Shown one piece after another: positions 12,325-25,231 of a stretch of 64,000 nucleotides of DNA (its first letter is position 1; each line of letters starts with the position of its first letter). Origin of the DNA: Paraspadella gotoi (lineage: Eukaryota > Animalia > Chaetognatha); assembly GCA_051294375.1 (NCBI GenBank), contig CM119265.1:12513866-12577865 (forward strand), read 5' to 3'. Below the pieces are notes generated by a model. That model did not search any database and was not told the DNA's origin. It was given only the letters and a program-made list of their open reading frames with translations. Position numbers and translations under genes: made by a program.

Positions 12325-14220
12325 GAGAGAGAGAGAGATTGGCGTCTGGATCGAACAGGCCGAATGACGTCATTGTCGCCCCCTTTTTCTCGATCGGTAT
12401 TTCTGTCTCCTTTGTCATTCTCTTCCCTATTATTTTACATTGTCTTTCTTCCGCTTTTTCTTTATTTTTATTTGTTTTCCAACTTTTTTTCTCGTCCGCC
12501 CCATCCTCTTGTCAAACAGCTCGTTTATTCCAAAGCTTTTCATCCCACTCGGTTTTTTCTCCTCGCGACCGTCTCAGATCTTCGTGACATTTTTGGCTCG
12601 ATCAGTTTTTTCGTCTTTATATTTATTTATATTTATTCTTATAATTTCATATTTCATAATTCCTTCGATCGACTCGGGCTCTCCTTGTATCATCCTTTGT
12701 TATTTTTCCTGCTCCACATTTCGCCACTGAGACTCTGACCGCTGAGCGTGCCCATCTACTCCTCACCCCTGCCCACCCTAGTCGTCTGCTTCTCTAAACT
12801 CCTCCCCCTCCGCCCACCCTCTTCGTCGTCTGCTTCGCTCGAGACGATTAAGTCTTTTCCACTGAATAGATACAAAAGTATGCGAAGCGAGAGGCTCCGC
12901 CGTTGAGTGTCGCGCGTGTTAACTTCGTTGATTCGATAGTTAACGCGTTCGCGATAGAACTGCACAAGATGGCGTTCGCAATATTTGTGACGCTCTTGCC
13001 ACTTGATGGGCCCTTTGGAAACGAAAACAAATTTGACATTCGCGGTGATTTCTCTTTTAAAAAACGGAATCGGAACAAAAATCGGGCGTGTTTATTTCGA
13101 GATCTGTGTGGATGAATAAAATTAATTCATCAGAAAGTTTTGAGATTTATTTTTATTTTTATTTTTACCATCAACAATATTTCTATCTCTATTTTGTAAT
13201 TTCCTATATTCATTGTGTTGTTTATCTTTCAGATGCGATCATCTCTTTTTCCATTAACTTTTACTTGAAATTATCTCGATACAAAATATCATGGACTTCA
13301 TTTAAATATGCAAGACATAACTACGCACATTTTTATGAACCAATAGGAGATACAATTTAGATTTTCAATTCGAAAAATTGTGAGAAAATTTAGAAAGAAC
13401 TAAATGTTCTTAACAGACAAATTCAGATATAAGTAATTAAGTTTATAACTAAAATTTTAAAATTTAAAAAACCTTTCATAATAAAAAAGGAAACAAATTA
13501 GCGTACAACAACTAACAACTAACAACTAACCTTGTTAAATAAATACTGCTATCCCAAGATAAGAAAAAAAAATCTGAAGACGGGAGTTGCTTAAGATGGA
13601 GACGGAAATAACTGGCGCGGAGAGAAACAGGACCTTAAGCCGAGATTGACGCTGAAATCAAAAGGATAAACAAACATCCAAGGGGAAACGTCATCTAGAA
13701 ATGGAATCGAGGAAATCAGTTCGGGGTGTGGGAACGTCTCGGGGGAAAGGGAAAGGAATTTGCGGGAGAGAGAGAGAGAGAGAGAGAGGGAGGGTGAGAG
13801 AAAGAGAGAGAGAGAGAGAGAGAGGGTGAGAAAAAGGGACAAAAAGAAACAAAGAATTAAAAATTATGCAAAGATTTATGGCTTCTCAGGACTGAAGCTT
13901 TTTATTTCTTTTATCCTTTTCTTCTTCTCTCACCTTCCTTTCTATACAACCAAAGGCCAACTTTTAATTTATTAGAAACGACATCGTATAAAATTGTTAA
14001 TAATAAAGGTTATACTTCCCATAAAAGTCAATTTGCTAAGGAAATATCAGTAAAAAGCTTGACCTTTAAACCATTCGATAAAGGGAGAGATAGAGAGAGA
14101 TCGAAAGAGAGAGAGAGAGAGCGCGAGAGAGAGAGATAGAGAGAGAAAATAGAATCGAATTGAATCGAAAAAAAACCCGGCTTTGTCGCTTTGTGCAACT
14201 TTACGAGAGAGAAAAAAGAG

Positions 14221-14283
<63 letters not shown>

Positions 14284-14864
14284 CGAAGCAGATTGAATTG
14301 ACAGGTTTTAAGGACGCCTCTTTCATTTCCATATTCGGTAAGGACGCGAATTCGACCGGAAGCGACATTTTCATCGGAAATCCTTTCTTCTCGGCCGCGT
14401 CGTCATGGTAACCGAGGCGGAACTGAGACGTTTCAGGAATAACCTTTCGTCGCGGAGACACATTGTGCAAATGTTTTTATTATCGCTCCGTCGAGTCGTC
14501 GCTGAAGCGCGAACGTTGGCATTTACGTTCGTAATAAATGTAATGAAGCGAAAGAAAAACCGGATATAGAAATGTAAGACGGTAAAGAGAGTAATTCCGG
14601 GCGACGTGATTCGCCGTCATCCTTCACCATCTCCCACTTCTTCCATCCCTACGTCAATTCGCGCGCGCCATGGGGCGCCATGGGGCTCGTGATCATCTCC
14701 AAGTCAAAAAGGACTCTTTTTTTTTTGTTCGACCGAAAGGGGGGCACAAGAATTCGCCCGGCCATAAAAATAGATATATATTCCTATTAAAACGTTCATC
14801 AGAATAATATGAAAAGGCATTATCCGCGCTAACGGGCTAACTGTGACGTGGACGACCCTGGTGG

Positions 14865-14909
<45 letters not shown>

Positions 14910-15707
14910 GTCGTCGTCGTCCCGTTTCCAAAAATAGAAGGAGAATGGAGTTTCACACGCACGCCCCTCGGTCAGCGCTCGAAAAAAAAAAGGGACGAGA
15001 CTAATAAGGAAAAATGATAGTGATATACACTAAGTGTGATGGAGGAGGATTCAATGACAGACGTCCCGATGTTATACGAGCGAAAGATCCTGATGGATCA
15101 CTTCTTTTTTTTTTCCCCCAATGAAAAAGAATAAAAAGAAAGAATTTCGGCGACGACGAAGACAGAAAAAAAAAAGTCGAGGTGGTTTTTCGCGCGCGGA
15201 ATTCGTGATTCGTAACGAGTGAGATCTGATTATATTGGAGATATATGGGACTCTTGTTTTATGATTCGGAATTTGTCAATCGTGGCGAATATATTATTTG
15301 TGAATATTAAGCAGAATCGTCTAAGGAATAGTTAATGTTGAGTTAATAACTTAATATTAGGGATTATATTGTTTTCATATTTTGCCATCACGAAAGGAGT
15401 TTACGACTTCACTTGCAACTGACCTAAAACCAATTAAAAAAGTTTTAAACCTTAAGACCTAGCTACTTTCATATACATTTTTTTTTCATTACGAAATAGT
15501 TTTTGATTTATCTAATTTCAGAAAAAAAATATAAATTTAAATTTTGAAATTAGAAATCGGAGATTTTCGCGATTTTTTTTTTTCACGATGAAAAATGTTG
15601 CGAAGAAAAAGTCTTTCTTCTTCTCTCGCTCCATCGCGATTCTGTGGAGAGAGAAAAATTCTCGTTTCGCGAGAAACGCGTCGGAGTAGCGAGCGAGCGA
15701 GCGAGCG

Positions 15708-15798
<91 letters not shown>

Positions 15799-16558
15799 TG
15801 GCACGGATTTTAGTCCGCGTTGGCGTCGTCTCTTGCGGCGTCATGGAACGTAGGCGTCAAATATTCAAACAAAAAACAAATAAAAACTAACGTTTCTCGG
15901 TTCGGTTATTTTTATCAGTTTCTATTCTCCATCGTTTTTTTCGCCGCAGCTTTTTCTTAGTCGTTCTCTCTTCGTCCTTCTTATCTTTTCTTTTTCGGGA
16001 CTTTTCTTTCGTTTTGCTTCGCTTTCTGTTTTTTTTTTCTTTTCGTTTTTTTTCTTTTCTTTTTTAAGACTTTTCTTTCGTTCTGCTTTGCTTTCTGGTT
16101 TTCTTTTCTTTTCTTTTTTAGGACTTTTCTTTCGTTCTACTTCGCTTTCTGTTTTTTTTTCTTTTCTTTTCTTTCCTTTCCTTTTTTATGACTTTTCTTT
16201 CGTTCTACTTCGTGTTCTGTTTTTCTTTTCTCCGACTTTCCTACTTCCTACTTTCCCACAACTTAGTAAATCGTAACTTCTTATCTTCCTTCTTCGATTT
16301 CTTCTTTCCACCTTCCAAGTCGTCAAATCGCCCGTCCTCGATCCTAATTCTCTATCCTCGTATTTCTAGCCTCTCCAAATGATCTTCCACTTTCTCCCCA
16401 GTCCCTCAAAACCCATCTCGGCTTGTTCCCTCTTTCCTTCAAACCATCAAAGTGAGACATTCCACCCCACGACTACTAAACTCGACCAGCACCCAAACAT
16501 AACCTTCACTCAATCTCACTTAACAACGAGTTTCTCTCACTCTCTCTCTCTCTCTCTC

Positions 16559-16641
<83 letters not shown>

Positions 16642-16756
16642 TCTCGGCGTTTTTTCCTTTTTTCCCCACTTTTCTTTCCTTCTTTTATATTTTTCCTTTG
16701 GCCCATTTCCTTCCCCAGCCGGGCTTAATCTAATCGACGTTCCTTCTCCCCTCTTC

Positions 16757-16815
<59 letters not shown>

Positions 16816-17473
16816 CCTTTATTTTCATTCTCATTTTTTCCTTTTTTTTTTTTTTTTTTTTTTTTTATATTAAAAAACAACATTGGCCATGACAGTGACG
16901 CAATAAAATAATCAGAAAACATAACTAACGTAACAACAATGATGTAGACTGAATAAAAAAAATCAATCCGATACAGCATTGAAAATGACGTAATTACATA
17001 AACGTTGACTGTGTCATAATAGAACATACAAAACCCTTACCTGATAACATTAACTTTGACTGTGACTTAATAAAATAATCAGACCCGTACAAAATTTAAA
17101 ATGACGTAATATCAATTAACATTTACTGTGAATTATTAGTTTAATCAAACCCATACATCACAGAAAGTGAATTAATGACCGTGACTGCGACTCAATGAAA
17201 TAATGAAAATATTCATTTTTTTTTTAATTAAAAAGTCATTGACAATCACAATAAATCAATAAAATAATCAAAACATACAGGACCCAAAATGACATTGGAC
17301 TTGAAATTACACAAAACGACGTAATGACTTAATGACTAAAGGACTAAACGTGACTAGACATTAATTTTTTTTTGTTAAAAAGACGACGATGACAATGACA
17401 TAATAATTAATTAATTAATTAAAACATCAAAGCTTTATCAAAGCCTTACAGTTACAAAGTGGTTAGAATTTCA

Positions 17474-17516
<43 letters not shown>

Positions 17517-17627
17517 TACCACAAAAACAGATTGACAAAATCAAAACAGTATCAGTGTATAAAACTAGAAACAGTAAGCAAGTAAAACTAAACTATCAAA
17601 TTACAACAGAAAAAAACACTAACAGAC

Positions 17628-18675
17628 CACGGTTCCCTAGACACCCCGAAAAAGAAAATAGAAATAACCCATTTCTGAAACACAAAAAAATGAAAAATAT
17701 AATGTTTTACTACATCGTAGTGAAGTCAAAAATTCTGATCCAAGCAAGTTTTTTTTTAATTGAATTTTAAAGTTTTGTTAATAATTTTTCATACAAAATA
17801 ATGAGAAACTAATCAACAACTTTGTCATTTCTTTGTCAAATTTTACTTTCTTTATATCAATCATTATCTACTGAAAGAGAGCTTTAATTTGAACTCACTT
17901 TCATGAGCCTACGATTATTCGTTCTAAAGTTAATATTTAAAATAACTCAATTTATTATAAAAAAATAGTAACCATTTGTAATTACTACATGAAAGATTTA
18001 ATCAATTCTTATTTAATAAAAAACTATAGAAATGTAACATACAATTGCTTAGCTTCAAATTAACCTAATTTTAAATTTTTCTTCAACCAATAACTACTAT
18101 GAAATGCTATGTATAAAATTGTTAAATTTTATATATATATTTTTTAAATAATTTAACATCAAGCAGAGCATAATTAGTAATATTATACATCCAAAAGAAT
18201 CCTCATTTTATGATCTTTCTTTTGAGTCTAATCTCAGTTCTCTGTGATAATTCGTTTTTGAGATATTGACAAAAACAATTCCACAAAATGCTTAAAAAGT
18301 AAAAAAAATATTCAAAAATATTAATATTTGAGTCAATTTTTGATATATTTATCATAAAAGGTTTTAATTGATAGGAAAATATGCCAATAATAAAATTAAA
18401 TTTCATATTTAAAGATTTTTTAATCAAACATGACTTGTGATCGCCTTTTTTTCTCCAAATATATACAAATAAAATTGTGAATTTGTCTATTTTTTGCTAA
18501 TATTTTAAGCTTTTAATATTAGAATTCTTACTGAAAAATGATATAATAAAAAAATATGGCTATTTCTGATTCTAACGAGCTATCATTACTTTAAAATATT
18601 CATAAAAATAAGTATTATATGAAGTCAAAATGAAAAAAAAATGTCAGTACCAAAAATCGATTTTTAGTAATTTCT

Positions 18676-18722
<47 letters not shown>

Positions 18723-19073
18723 GGAGAGAGAGAGAAGGGGAGGGAGATAAGATAGAAAGCCTTAATTATTATATTATTATATATATTACTATATTATATT
18801 ATATTATACTATATTATATTATTATATTATATTACTAAATTATATTATACTATAGTATATTATTACTATATTATATTATTACTATATTATTCACAAGTAG
18901 GAGAGTAAAAACCGGTTAATATTAAAAATTTTGTTCTTTTATATTATATAGTATAATATAATTATAGTAATATAATATAATAATATATATAGTATAATAT
19001 AATATAGTAATATAATATAATAATATAATAATAAGGCTTTCTATCTTTATCTCCCTCCCCTCTCTCTCTCTCC

Positions 19074-19120
<47 letters not shown>

Positions 19121-20162
19121 AGAAATTACTAAAAAATCGATTTCGGTACTGACATTTTTTTTCATTTTGACTTCATAATACTTATTTTTATGATATTTTA
19201 AAGTATGATAGCTCGTTAGAATCAGAAATAGCCATATTTTTATTATATCATTTTTCAGTAAGAATTCTAATATTAAAAGCTTAAAATATTAGCAAAAAAT
19301 AGACAAATCACAATTTTTATTTGTATATATTTGAGGAAAAAAGGCGATCACAAGTCATGTTTGATTAAAAAATCTTTAAATATGAAATTTAATTTATTAT
19401 TGGCATATTTTCCTATCAATTAAAACCTTTTATGATAAAATCTATCGAAAATTGACTCAAATATTAATATTATGATTATTTTTTTTACTTTTTAAGCATT
19501 TTGTGGAATTGTTTTTGTCAATATCTCAAAAAACGAATTATCACAGAGAACTGAGATTAGACTCAAAGAAAGATCATAAAATGAGGATTCTTTTGGATGT
19601 TACAATATTACTAATTATGCTCTTGCTTGATGTTAAATTATTTAAAAATATATATATAAAATTTAACAATTTTATACATAGCATTTCATAGTAGTTATTG
19701 GTTGAAGAAAAATTTTAAAATTAGGTTAATTTAAAGCTAAGCAATTGTATGTTACATTTCTATAGTTTTTTATTTAAATAAGAATTGATTAAGTTTTCAT
19801 GTAGTAATTACAAAATGGTTACTATTTTTGTAATAAATTGAGTTATTTTCAATAATAACTTGAGAACGAATAATCGTAGGCTTATGAAAGGAGTTTCAAA
19901 TTTAAAGCTCTCTTTCAGTAGATAATGATTGATATAAAGAAAGTAAAATTTGACAAAGAATGACAAAGTTGTTGATTAGTTTCTCAATTATTTTGTATGA
20001 AAATTATAACAAAACTTTAAAATTCAATTAAAAAAAAAACTTGCTTGGATCAGAATTTTTTGACTTCACTACGATGTAGTAAAGACATTATATTTTTCAT
20101 TTTTTTGTGTTTCAGAAATGGGTTATTTCTATTTTCTTTTTCGGGGTGTCTAGGGAACCGTG
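17628..20162. mobile_element. Non-autonomous foldback DNA transposon, Chapaev-like (CMC superfamily)
   Basis: Termini CACGGTTCCCTAGACACCCCG / CGGGGTGTCTAGGGAACCGTG; 4-bp TSD AGAC (17624-17627, 20163-20166); ~1.25-kb inverted arms around a ~50-bp spacer (~18891-18940). Confidence 0.85.
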
Positions 20163-20169
20163 AGACACT

Positions 20170-21090
20170 AACGTTTAAATGGACTCATAAATAAAATGTT
20201 ATGAACTAATTCATAAGAAACTATCAAATATAACGTTCAAGAACGTTCTAAATTCATATTTTTAAACCAAAAAACATCAAGTATAAAAGGAAGCAACATT
20301 ATTATTTTTAATTCAAAAGTAAAAACTGATTTATTAAAATTCAACAAAAACAAAAGACACTACCGTTTAAATGGACTCATGAATAAAATATTATGAACTA
20401 ATTCATATGAAACTATAAAATACAACGTTCAAGAACGTTCAAAATTCAAATTTTATATATTTTTTCATAAGAAACTATAAAAAATAACATTCAAGAACGT
20501 TCAAAGAGCTAATGTAAAAATCATAAAACCGGAAAAAGTAAAAAACGTAAAATGTCAAATATCAAGAGAAGCAATAGTTTTTATTTTAAATTTATAATTA
20601 TAATGTGTTAAAGTAATTTTTTTAAGAAACGTTTAAAAACGTTAACGATAAAAGGGTCTAGATTTTGAAATGATAAAAATCTTTAAAAATATTAAAAACA
20701 AAAACATTATATAAAAAGGTAAAGAAAACAAAAACATTAGAAAAACGTTAAAAGTGTAAAACAAAACTTTTAAAACCTTGCAAAATTTTTATTTTTTTTA
20801 TTTTTGACTCATGAATAAAATATTATGAACTAATTCATATGAAACTATAAAATACAACGTTCAAGAACGTTTAAAATTTAAATTTTTATATATATTTTTT
20901 TTTTTTTATATATATATATATATATTTTTTTTTAGCAACGTTTAAAAACGTTAACGATAAAAAGTGTCTAGATTTTGAAATGATAAAAATCTTTAAAAAA
21001 CATTAAAAACAAAAACATTATATAAAAAGGTAAAGAAAACAAAAACATTAGAAAAACGTTAAAAGTGTAAAACAAAACGTTTTTAAAACA
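20170..21090. repeat. AT-rich block duplications in the LINE 3' UTR
   Basis: GACTCAT(G/A)AATAAAAT...GAACTAATTCAT...CAAGAACGTT recurs at ~20181, 20373 and 20806; ~20628-20775 is repeated at ~20937-21087. Confidence 0.8.
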
Positions 21091-21621
21091 TTATAAGTGT
21101 ATAATGCACAAAAAGTGTAAAATATATGCCCAAAAATAATGTATAATGTATAATTGTAATAATAAAATAATGTATGAGTATAATTTGTTAGAGTAAAGGG
21201 CAGAGGGACCACGGCTCTAATAATTAATAATAGAAATAAAAAACTACCGTCACAAATCAACACATATTCAAAGGATGCAAATAAAACAAAAGGAGACGCT
21301 AATAAAAAACAAAAGATGCTAATGAAAACAAAAAGAAACGCTAACAACAAAATTAAGACACTAATAAATAAACAAAAAACTACTTCACATATATGCAAGA
21401 GCAAGAATAATCCCTACATCAACATCAAATAGAAAATACTATATAAAATCATAAAATATAAAAATAGAAAATAGTGAAACAAGTAATTTGCAAATTTTCA
21501 TATCATGTTATAAACCGATAACAGACACTACTACATAAAATTATTTATATGTGGTCCCTTAATACCCAATACCAGATACCCTCATTGATTAAACAAGTTC
21601 CAATAACCAATTCTAACTTGT

Positions 21622-23428
21622 TTAATTAAGTTTCCCCCACTCCATAGTCCCATCTTCATTTAATACACCCAGTACATTACCCAATAAAATTCGTTTTTTG
21701 AAACTTCCCAATCTGCCACTTAATTTGGCAACCCAATAGTCCTGTTCTATATCTTTTCTCAAATGAACAACAAAATATTTTCCAAAGTCTTTCAACCGCC
21801 ATCTCAAACATGCCTAATCCTCTCTGCTCTCATCTTGAATATAACAGATCTTAGAGTAAAACCTAATTTATTTCTTAACCTTACCTTAGCCCCTTGTCCT
21901 GTTAAACCTAAACTCATTTCTCGGTTATCAACTCTCTTATCATCAAATTTTAAAAGTGTCATACTCAACTTCTCCCAGAGTCTTACAACCACTTCGCACT
22001 GAGTCAAAATATGCCATCGCTCACGTGCTACAACACCACAAAGCTCACAAATACCATCACCTCTTCCTACATATGCGTAATCCATATATGCTGTCCAAAA
22101 GTTTAAACTTACCTGGCGCCAAATAGAAGACCTGACATAGTAAGAGGTATCAGAGTACATAATTGCACCCCAGATGGCCCTCCACTCATTCATTAAACTA
22201 ATTCCAAGTACTCTTTCCCATTTATCTTCATAATGTCTTATCACCCTAACATTAATTCTCAATTTATAATAAGTTTCCGCGAATGATATTTCACTCAACC
22301 TCCTATTGGCCCCCTGTACCTCTAAAGTGAAGTCAGGAGGATGATCAGTTGGAACAATATTTTCAATCTGCTCCCTCACTCTACATTGGATATCAAAAAT
22401 CCTTCTTCTCTGAGAGCGAGGAGTTTCATTCATTGGCATGTTCAAAAATTGACCAACAGTCTTAATTCCTCGTTCAACTATATTACCGAATGACTTTAAA
22501 ACTACTCCATCTGAATCAATCACACATGTATTATATAATAAATGGTAATTATCAATAGGCAAATTACCTGGTTTCAAATTTGAAAGGCAGGCATGACCAA
22601 GCCCTTACCGCCTCGGAATAATACCCGGCTAATACCAATGGTAATCCTGCTACCTTTGCCCTAAGGCTATCCAATCCATAAAAACCACATGCCTGTCCTC
22701 CAATAAGCTCATCCACTAAAACTCTAGCAAAAGATTCCTTAGGCATGTTTAATAACCTTTTAATCCACATTATTCTCTGTGCTTTAACCTTATCTTTGAT
22801 ATCCATTAATTGCGCTCCACCATTATAATAAGAATCCCTCAGCCTATCCTTAGCAATCTCTTTTCTGCCATGAAACATCCATTTTCTACTTCAGTTTCTA
22901 AAGCATCAATATCTCCCCAAGGAGGCGTCAACAATTCTGTTCTATACCATAAAGCAGAATACAGAAATACATTAGCTACCTTCGCCCTTCCTAAGGTTGA
23001 CAATGGTCGAGCTTTCCAAAGGGTCAACTTTGTCTTAATACCTCTAAAAACATCAACAAAATTTGCTTTTATCAAATCACCTCGACCCACCACATTCCTA
23101 AGATCTTTGCCATGTCTTTCCAGGCCAGACCACAGAAATCCTTAGGTTTATTCTTCCAAGGCCCTAACCACAACCCCACTGATTTACCCCTGTTAACCCT
23201 TGACCCCGCTGCCCTTTCATAACGAACTGCCTTATCCATAAACCTCTCTACCGATGCCTCTGACCCCAGGAAACCCTGGGTGTCATCAACGTAGACCCCT
23301 ACCTTTCTCTCAGCCCCTTTAATCTTAATTCCCTCTATCATTCGATCCTTCCTTATAAAATTAGCAAAAACCTCAGCCACTAAAATATATAGCGGCATAG
23401 AAGGAGAATCACCCTGATAGTTTCGCCC
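21622..23428 (-). pseudogene. LINE ORF2 C-terminal half (reverse transcriptase and C-terminal zinc finger), frameshifted
   Basis: QGDSPSMPLYILVAE, YVDDT (YADD equivalent), YERAAGSRVNRGKS, W..R.LSTLGRAKVAN, GGAQLMDI and CELC...ERWHILTQC motifs, spread over ORFs 23072-23554, 22839-23093, 22564-22878, 21804-22577 and 21622-21807. Confidence 0.92.
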
Positions 23429-23486
23429 CTCATTTTTTCCCCCTTTTAGCTCTTGGCGTTCTAGTTTCCTTATTTTCTTCGTACTA

Positions 23487-23588
23487 CCTTCTTGATATTC
23501 TCTTCCTTTTTCCCTCCCATCCTTCTTGATATTCTCTTCCTTTTTCCCTCCCATCCTTCTTGATATTCTCTTCCTTTTTCCCTCCCTT
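23487..23588. repeat. 34-bp tandem repeat, 3 copies
   Basis: CCTTCTTGATATTCTCTTCCTTTTTCCCTCCCAT at 23487, 23521 and 23555. Confidence 0.9.
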
Positions 23589-25182
23589 CCTCAATCCTTT
23601 TAAAATTTCACTCCAAAGTTTCTTTAATGAATCTTGGCCGCTCGGTTTTCCGTCTTCCAACTTTATATACAAATTAATTTTAAACCTTTTTATTCCTCCT
23701 CTTTTCCTTTCACGCTCGAATCATCTTTTCCCATTTCCTTTTTCAGTATTTTCCTTTTCAAAACTAATTTTCACTTCTTCCTTTCGCGGCTTCGATTTCC
23801 TTTTTTTTCCCCTTCTTTTCTCAAATTCCCTTTTTTCCTTTTTTTTCCTTCCTCCTTCTGCCTCCTTTTCGCTCGAGTCGCATCTGCATATTTTCTTTTC
23901 CTCATCGGTTACAGATTTTCCATTTTCTTCTTTCCTTTCTTTCTTTAGATTCAGAATCTCCGATCGCGCATCGAGACTTACCCTCGATCGTATTTCGAAG
24001 AAGGAACCTAAGCGCGAAGCAGCGCCCCGACTGACTTGGCTGCGAAACTCGCACACCTCGCTCGATTCGTCTTCGCACTGAGCAATCTTGCAAAGTCATA
24101 ACCGTCTTTCACCTCCTAATTATCGCGAAGGAAATGAGAACGGCGACGTTGGGATAAAGGAACAAGCCTGTCTCCTTATCTTTCTTTCCTTTCCTCCCTC
24201 ACCCACCCTCCTTCCTCCATCTCTCTCTCACTCCTCCTTTTTCCTTTCTAATCAACTCAACTCGCTAATTCCTTCCCTCAATCTGTCACCGTCCAATATG
24301 TCAGTCGACTGACCGTCTGGGTTTTTTTTCTCCACCTTCTCTCACTTTCTTTCTTCTTTCATTTCCGAGAAATCTTTTCTTAATTTCTTTTATCTTCTTC
24401 GTTAAACTTCTGCAGTTTTCCTCTTCTTTAATCCGTCTTTTCTTCTTCTTTTCTTTTTCTCCTTCTACTTCCTTCACCTCTCCCCTCTCTCCCTTGCCCA
24501 GCCACCCACCTTTCAACATTCCATTTGTCCATTTACCTCCCACAGCGCTCTCCGTTTTCCATCAGTCTTCTTTCAACTGTTTCTCTTTCATCTCCGCTTT
24601 TAGAGGTTTCCCGCGCGCGACCCTTGCACAGTGCTTCAGCCTGATAACCCAATAATCTTATTCTTCCTTTATTTTGGCATCTGGGTTCAACTGTTCCCAC
24701 TCCCTTTTTCTTTATATCTCTTTACTCTCACGCTTTACTTAATTCAAAATCTGAAAAATCTACCGTGGCTGGTAAGGCGTAGTAAAATTTCTAAATTTAA
24801 CTTTATTAAATTCTAAAAAGTGAGGAACGAACAACATTATACTAATGAACATTTATATAATAAAAAATTTATAATAAATTTTACAATTTAATGCAGTAGG
24901 CCCTATTTATACTAGTACTTAAACCAATAAATGTTTAAAATTTCAAAACAGTTTTTTCTAAGATTTTTTTGCAGATTTGGATTCGTCATAAAAAAGTTGG
25001 TAAAAAGAAAATTAACTCTTTGAAAAATTCCTTCATTAAGTGGGTCAAAAATTAGAATAAGCTATATTTTAAGCTGAAAATTAATTTTTTATATATTAAA
25101 TATAGTTTTTTTAATTTTTAACCCACTTAATGTATTAGGAAAAAACAGTTTTGTTTGACAACGATTTATTTGACACAATTTA

Positions 25183-25231
25183 GTCAGACATGTTTCGGCT
25201 CATTTATTTAGAGCCTTCATCAGTGTTTGAC
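25183..25231 (-). ncRNA. Minimal type I hammerhead ribozyme motif in the PLE pLTR
   Basis: CTGATGA-A-GGCTC-TAAATAAAT-GAGCC-GAAACATGTC: intact core, 5-bp stem II, palindromic stem III ACATGT and GUC cleavage triplet. Stem I is weak (2 bp adjacent to the core). Confidence 0.72.

Larger units (their letters stand above)
16842..23428 (-). mobile_element. 5'-truncated L1/Tx1-type non-LTR retrotransposon with long 3' region
   Basis: 12-bp TSD CTCATTTTTTCC at 16830-16841 and 23429-23440; poly(A) tail at 16842-16866 and a second poly(A) at ~17476-17510; RT ORF remnant at 21622-23428. Confidence 0.88.

Noticed and set aside
17628-20162. Palindrome as a pure sequencing foldback artefact
   Set aside because: CACGG termini, a 4-bp TSD, a unique spacer and a sensible empty site favour a real element; spanning reads are still needed.
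23560-24543. Lys/Glu/Arg-rich ORFs as LINE ORF1
   Set aside because: They lie outside the LINE TSD (23429-23440) and reflect pyrimidine-rich low-complexity DNA.
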